In this document: one piece after another, positions 60,126 through 64,000 of the stretch
Numbering within the stretch: position 1 is the stretch's first letter
Layout of the letters: each line of letters begins with the position of its first letter
Source of the DNA: Escherichia coli
GTDB taxonomy: Bacteria; Pseudomonadota; Gammaproteobacteria; Enterobacterales; Enterobacteriaceae
Strand: one strand, 5' to 3'
Assembly: GCF_003334765.1 (NCBI RefSeq)
Contig: NZ_QOWT01000007.1
Length of the DNA stretch: 64,000 nucleotides
Position numbers and translations under genes: made by a program
Notes under the pieces: model-generated
Told to the model about the DNA's origin: nothing
Database searches by the model: none
The model's input: the letters and a program-made list of their open reading frames with translations, nothing else

Positions 60126-61262
60126 ATGGATCTATTGATTGTTTTAACTTACGTGGCGCTGGCGTGGGCGGTCTTTAAAATCTTCCGCATTCCGGTAAAT
60201 CAGTGGACGCTGGCGACGGCGGCGCTGGGAGGCGTGTTTCTGGTGAGTGGTTTGATTTTGTTGATGAACTACAACCACCCTTACACTTTTACCGCGCAAA
60301 AGGCAGTGATAGCGATCCCTATCACGCCACAGGTGACGGGAATTGTTACTGAAGTCACTGACAAGAATAATCAGCTTATTCAAAAGGGCGAGGTGCTTTT
60401 TAAGCTCGACCCGGTTCGTTACCAGGCGCGAGTTGACAGACTTCAGGCTGACCTGATGACGGCGACGCATAATATAAAGACGCTGCGTGCGCAGCTCACT
60501 GAAGCGCAGGCCAACACCACCCAGGTTTCAGCGGAGCGCGACCGTCTGTTTAAAAATTATCAACGTTACTTGAAAGGCAGCCAGGCGGCGGTGAATCCGT
60601 TCTCGGAACGTGACATCGACGATGCGCGGCAAAATTTCCTCGCGCAGGATGCGCTGGTGAAAGGCTCGGTGGCGGAGCAGGCGCAGATCCAGAGCCAGCT
60701 CGACAGTATGGTTAACGGCGAGCAATCGCAGATTGTGAGCTTAAGAGCGCAACTTACTGAAGCAAAATATAACCTTGAGCAGACTGTCATTCGCGCGCCG
60801 AGCAATGGCTACGTTACTCAGGTACTGATCCGCCCAGGTACATACGCAGCTGCCTTGCCGCTGCGTCCGGTGATGGTCTTCATCCCCGAGCAAAAACGGC
60901 AAATTGTCGCCCAATTTCGGCAAAACTCGCTGTTACGTCTGAAACCCGGCGATGATGCGGAAGTGGTGTTTAACGCGCTACCTGGGCAGGTGTTTCACGG
61001 CAAACTGACTAGTATTTTACCTGTCGTGCCAGGCGGTTCTTATCAGGCGCAGGGGGTATTGCAATCATTAACGGTCGTGCCCGGCACGGACGGTGTGCTG
61101 GGAACCATTGAACTGGACCCTAACGATGATATCGATGCCTTACCCGACGGCATCTACGCCCAGGTGGCGGTTTACTCCGACCATTTCAGCCATGTTTCGG
61201 TGATGCGGAAAGTGCTGCTAAGAATGACCAGCTGGATGCATTATCTTTATTTGGATCATTGA
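60126..61262 (+). CDS. yibH: HlyD-family membrane-fusion (periplasmic adaptor) protein
   Basis: 378-aa ORF with N-terminal TM helix, coiled-coil segments and beta-barrel-like C-terminus; start 3 bp after the yibI stop. Confidence 0.8.
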   Translation: MDLLIVLTYVALAWAVFKIFRIPVNQWTLATAALGGVFLVSGLILLMNYNHPYTFTAQKAVIAIPITPQVTGIVTEVTDKNNQLIQKGEVLFKLDPVRYQARVDRLQADLMTATHNIKTLRAQLTEAQANTTQVSAERDRLFKNYQRYLKGSQAAVNPFSERDIDDARQNFLAQDALVKGSVAEQAQIQSQLDSMVNGEQSQIVSLRAQLTEAKYNLEQTVIRAPSNGYVTQVLIRPGTYAAALPLRPVMVFIPEQKRQIVAQFRQNSLLRLKPGDDAEVVFNALPGQVFHGKLTSILPVVPGGSYQAQGVLQSLTVVPGTDGVLGTIELDPNDDIDALPDGIYAQVAVYSDHFSHVSVMRKVLLRMTSWMHYLYLDH

Positions 61263-61824
61263 GGGGGAGGGGGGAGATTATGGAACTTTGCTCCTTGTAA
61301 GGACTAATTATTTTTGCATATTACTTCATTAGCTGCGATGATTTTTCTTTAATATTCATTATGTTAATAAGTTCTGGATGAGTGTGCTCTCATTGGATTT
61401 TTTATCCGTCTTGTTCTGCCGCAGGATGAGACTATACATCGTCGAGATCGCAATGATGATATGAGTTGTTCCTCCTGCGACGGCTCTAATCAAAAAAGAG
61501 CAGGAGTGCTTTTCCATCTATTGCGATGATGGCTTTATTATCTGAAGGATGACAGTCACATTTAAAAAATATTTAATCTATAGATCACAATGTAGGGTCA
61601 TGGAATATATGTATACAACTATTTTCTTCTTCACTTTTAATTATCGTATTCATTATAAAACTAAGTTAAAAAAACTCCTGGAGAGTGAGTTATTAATATA
61701 TTTTTAAATAAAATTAAGTTATCATTCATCGATGCACTTTATAGAATCATCAATGGCCATAATAGTACTATTAACTCTCAATTTTATATTTTTATCATCA
61801 CTACAAATATTAACTGAATTTATA

Positions 61825-62160
61825 TCAATGATTTTTTTTATTCTTATCTTTTATTTTATTTACTGTTTCAATGCAATCAGCGGCAAGTTGGAGTGGATTT
61901 AGATTTTTCAGATATGGTCTTATGATCTTTCCCTTACTTAATAAATAGCATGTATAGGATTCGGAAAGTCCAGCATCTATTTTGTACCTCCTTATATTAG
62001 ATAAGGATGTGAGAAATTCCTTGTTATCATTCGCAGCCATATATGCCAGTCCGAGTTCAGCCTCTGCGGCCTTACAGGCAAAATAGCTTAGTGAACACGC
62101 TTTTCGTCCCTCTTTAGTACTGGCTGATATTAGTGCCCATAATATTGCTTTGTCTGCCAA
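61825..62160 (-). CDS. hypothetical 111-aa protein downstream of a decayed Rhs C-terminal fragment (candidate orphan immunity protein; possibly yibV)
   Basis: 111-aa ORF MADKAILWALISASTKEGRKACSLSYFACKAAEAELGLAYMAANDNKEF... in AT-rich DNA; position relative to the Rhs remnant. Confidence 0.4.
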   Translation of the reverse strand: MADKAILWALISASTKEGRKACSLSYFACKAAEAELGLAYMAANDNKEFLTSLSNIRRYKIDAGLSESYTCYLLSKGKIIRPYLKNLNPLQLAADCIETVNKIKDKNKKNH

Positions 62161-62248
62161 ATCTAACTCTCTCTGAAATTGTCTTGCAGTAACTGCACTC
62201 GCAGAAATAGAGAAAAAAATACAATTGTTAATAACCTTGCCATATTTT

Positions 62249-62866
62249 TTAGTCCGTAACTGTTAATGTGCTATCTGGCTCTGAAAATATTAACTCATTT
62301 AATTTTTGCATGTCATTAGATAAACCAGTTATACAACCCTCGGAACAGAATCGAGGTCCTAAAGACGGACCAAAAGCGTTTAAACAACTATGTATTGAAA
62401 ATCCATTGCGATTATAAGTTCCTGTATTAACTGACGGTACTAATCGTATGCCGTCAGGTTTTCTATTGCTTGCTCCCGGGTCATTAACATTCCAACTCCA
62501 TAGGCCTTGAGGTATTGGCTATCTATTTATAAATGTGTACAACGGGGATTATTTTTACATTGCATATTATTACCAGAAGCGACTGGAATACTAAGCACAT
62601 CATAAAAATTATCATCACATGGTATATCTGAAACACACGAAAGCATACCTAAAGTTATGCTGTATAAACAGGTGGCTAATCCCAAGGGGATCGATTCCAG
62701 AAATCGGGTTCAACGGATACTGATAAAAATTCCACCTACCTTCCAGCCCAATCGGAGCCTGAGTGTTATACCGCCCCTGCTGCGGTTAATGTTACCGATA
62801 ATAGTTATAGTACAGCCCTGATTCATCATCATACTACTGCTGCGGCAGTCTGATGAACTATTGCTT
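62249..62866 (-). pseudogene. decayed orphan Rhs C-terminal fragment (core-end remnant + disrupted CT domain)
   Basis: 62706-62860 is a diverged copy of the Rhs core-end DNA at 63857-64000. Minus-strand translation gives [53 protein letters not shown]... with in-frame stops and a downstream frameshift; no ORF of 60 aa or more. Confidence 0.65.
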
Positions 62867-63328
62867 TTACGGATTCTCCTTATTCTTCCTTCTATCCATT
62901 CGCTTTAGCTTTTTGAGCTCTTGAAGTTTGCTCTTTGCATCAATATTACCGTTATTTACAGCGAATTCCATCCAATAAATAGCTCTATTCAAATTATAAT
63001 ATTCTGATAATGTTGGATTTGTATCTGATAAAAAGACCCCATAATTAAACTGCGCTGTAACATTCCCCTGAGATGCTGATCTTTCCAAGAATCGCAATTG
63101 TTTGTAAATGTTATTTTTAGTAAAGCAGTAATATTGATATAGTCGAAATGATGCCTCTGAATCACCATGTTGTGATTTATACTTCAGTTTCATCAACTTT
63201 TCTTCACTTAAATCATAGGTCATTGCTGTAGACCCCATCATACTTTCGTTTTGTTTTATTTTCACATCAGCACCATGCAATTGACAAATAAAAGAGAAAT
63301 AAAAAAATAGTAACAAGCATGCTTTCAT
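62867..63328 (-). CDS. yibG: Sel1-like repeat protein with N-terminal signal/TM segment; candidate immunity protein for the upstream Rhs C-terminal domain
   Basis: 153-aa ORF MKACLLLFFYFSFICQLHGADVKIKQNE...SASQGNVTAQFNYGVFLSD (Sel1-like motif); start 12 bp after the Rhs-CT stop. Confidence 0.6.
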   Translation of the reverse strand: MKACLLLFFYFSFICQLHGADVKIKQNESMMGSTAMTYDLSEEKLMKLKYKSQHGDSEASFRLYQYYCFTKNNIYKQLRFLERSASQGNVTAQFNYGVFLSDTNPTLSEYYNLNRAIYWMEFAVNNGNIDAKSKLQELKKLKRMDRRKNKENP

Positions 63329-63339
63329 ACATCTACAAC

Positions 63340-64000
63340 CTATCTTATATCACTGGGTTTTTCTGGCGTACCTTGCATATTAGAAATGGGGTGCCCAGAT
63401 GGCCCATATGTTATCCAATTACCAAGGTCTTTTGTTGTTATAGCCATTAGATCCTTATTTGAATTAAGGTTCGTTGGTGCTGTTAGCACTGTATCCATTT
63501 TTAACTTACCATTAGTTCCTCGCCCCCACCACGTCCATAGCGTGTCAGGTCCTATTACATTTGTATGTAACTCTTTAGCTAATTGGCTAGCAAATGAATT
63601 TTGTCCTTTACCTGTATTACAAGAAAATAACCAAACTGTCATCCCATCTTTATAATTCCCATCAAATTTAATTAGATATGCTAGATCTTTAGCTGTCATG
63701 ATACTGCGCGTTGCGGATTCAATAGATGTGGGGGTACCATGCCCCCCGATTGTGAAAACGCCTGGGATATTAATCTCATCAGCTACAGAATGGATAAGAT
63801 CACTTTCGGGGTATAAATTTATATCAACCAAACCTTGCGGATCTACATTTATGACCGGATTCAACGGATACTGATAAAAATTCCATCCCCCCTTCAGCCC
63901 AATCGGATCCTGAGTGATATACCGCCCCTGCAGCGGGTCATAATAGCGGTGGCGGTTGTAATACAGGCCGGACTCCTCATCATACTGCTGCCCCGGCAGG
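63340..64000 (-). CDS. Rhs-family protein, 3' portion (core-end motifs + variable C-terminal domain of unknown function); 5' end lies beyond the window
   Basis: Minus-strand frame is open to the window edge and reads ...[57 protein letters not shown] (PxxxxDPxGL demarcation at 63829-63858), then a 162-aa C-terminal domain ending at 63340. The ORF-track start at 63864 is a TTG artefact. Confidence 0.75.
   Translation of the reverse strand, partial: LPGQQYDEESGLYYNRHRYYDPLQGRYITQDPIGLKGGWNFYQYPLNPVINVDPQGLVDINLYPESDLIHSVADEINIPGVFTIGGHGTPTSIESATRSIMTAKDLAYLIKFDGNYKDGMTVWLFSCNTGKGQNSFASQLAKELHTNVIGPDTLWTWWGRGTNGKLKMDTVLTAPTNLNSNKDLMAITTKDLGNWITYGPSGHPISNMQGTPEKPSDIR

Noticed and set aside
63386-63655. 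89-aa plus-strand ORF inside the Rhs C-terminal region
   Set aside because: Antisense to the well-supported Rhs-CT reading frame; no ribosome-binding site or recognisable domain.

Overview
This window reads as a contiguous Escherichia coli chromosomal segment (about 81–82 min on the K-12 map, inverted relative to K-12 numbering), running from yicH/xanP/gltS through the recG–spoT–rpoZ–gmk operon, ligB, dinD, yicC, rph–pyrE, slmA–dut–coaBC, rpmBG, mutM, coaD and the complete waa (rfa) LPS core locus, then kbl–tdh, waaH, yibQ–envC–gpmM, grxC–secB–gpsA–cysE, the lld and mtl operons, yibI–yibH, and finally an AT-rich accessory tail carrying orphan Rhs C-terminal toxin/immunity cassettes. All gene identifications come from reading the supplied six-frame translations against remembered protein sequences and synteny; no database search was run. 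Most of the window is conserved housekeeping DNA. The two accessory parts are (i) the AT-rich outer-core glycosyltransferase block waaS-position to waaK plus waaL (27.3–35.6 kb), whose gene content looks R2/Salmonella-like rather than K-12-like, and (ii) the Rhs-associated tail (61.3–64.0 kb), which holds one intact Rhs core-end plus C-terminal domain with a downstream Sel1-repeat ORF and one decayed copy. rph is intact (no K-12 rph-1 frameshift), so the source is not a K-12 laboratory strain. I found no CRISPR array, tRNA/rRNA gene or IS element. The most interesting candidate for an uncharacterised system is the orphan Rhs-CT/immunity array; yibI–yibH (a membrane-fusion protein with no transporter) is a second.
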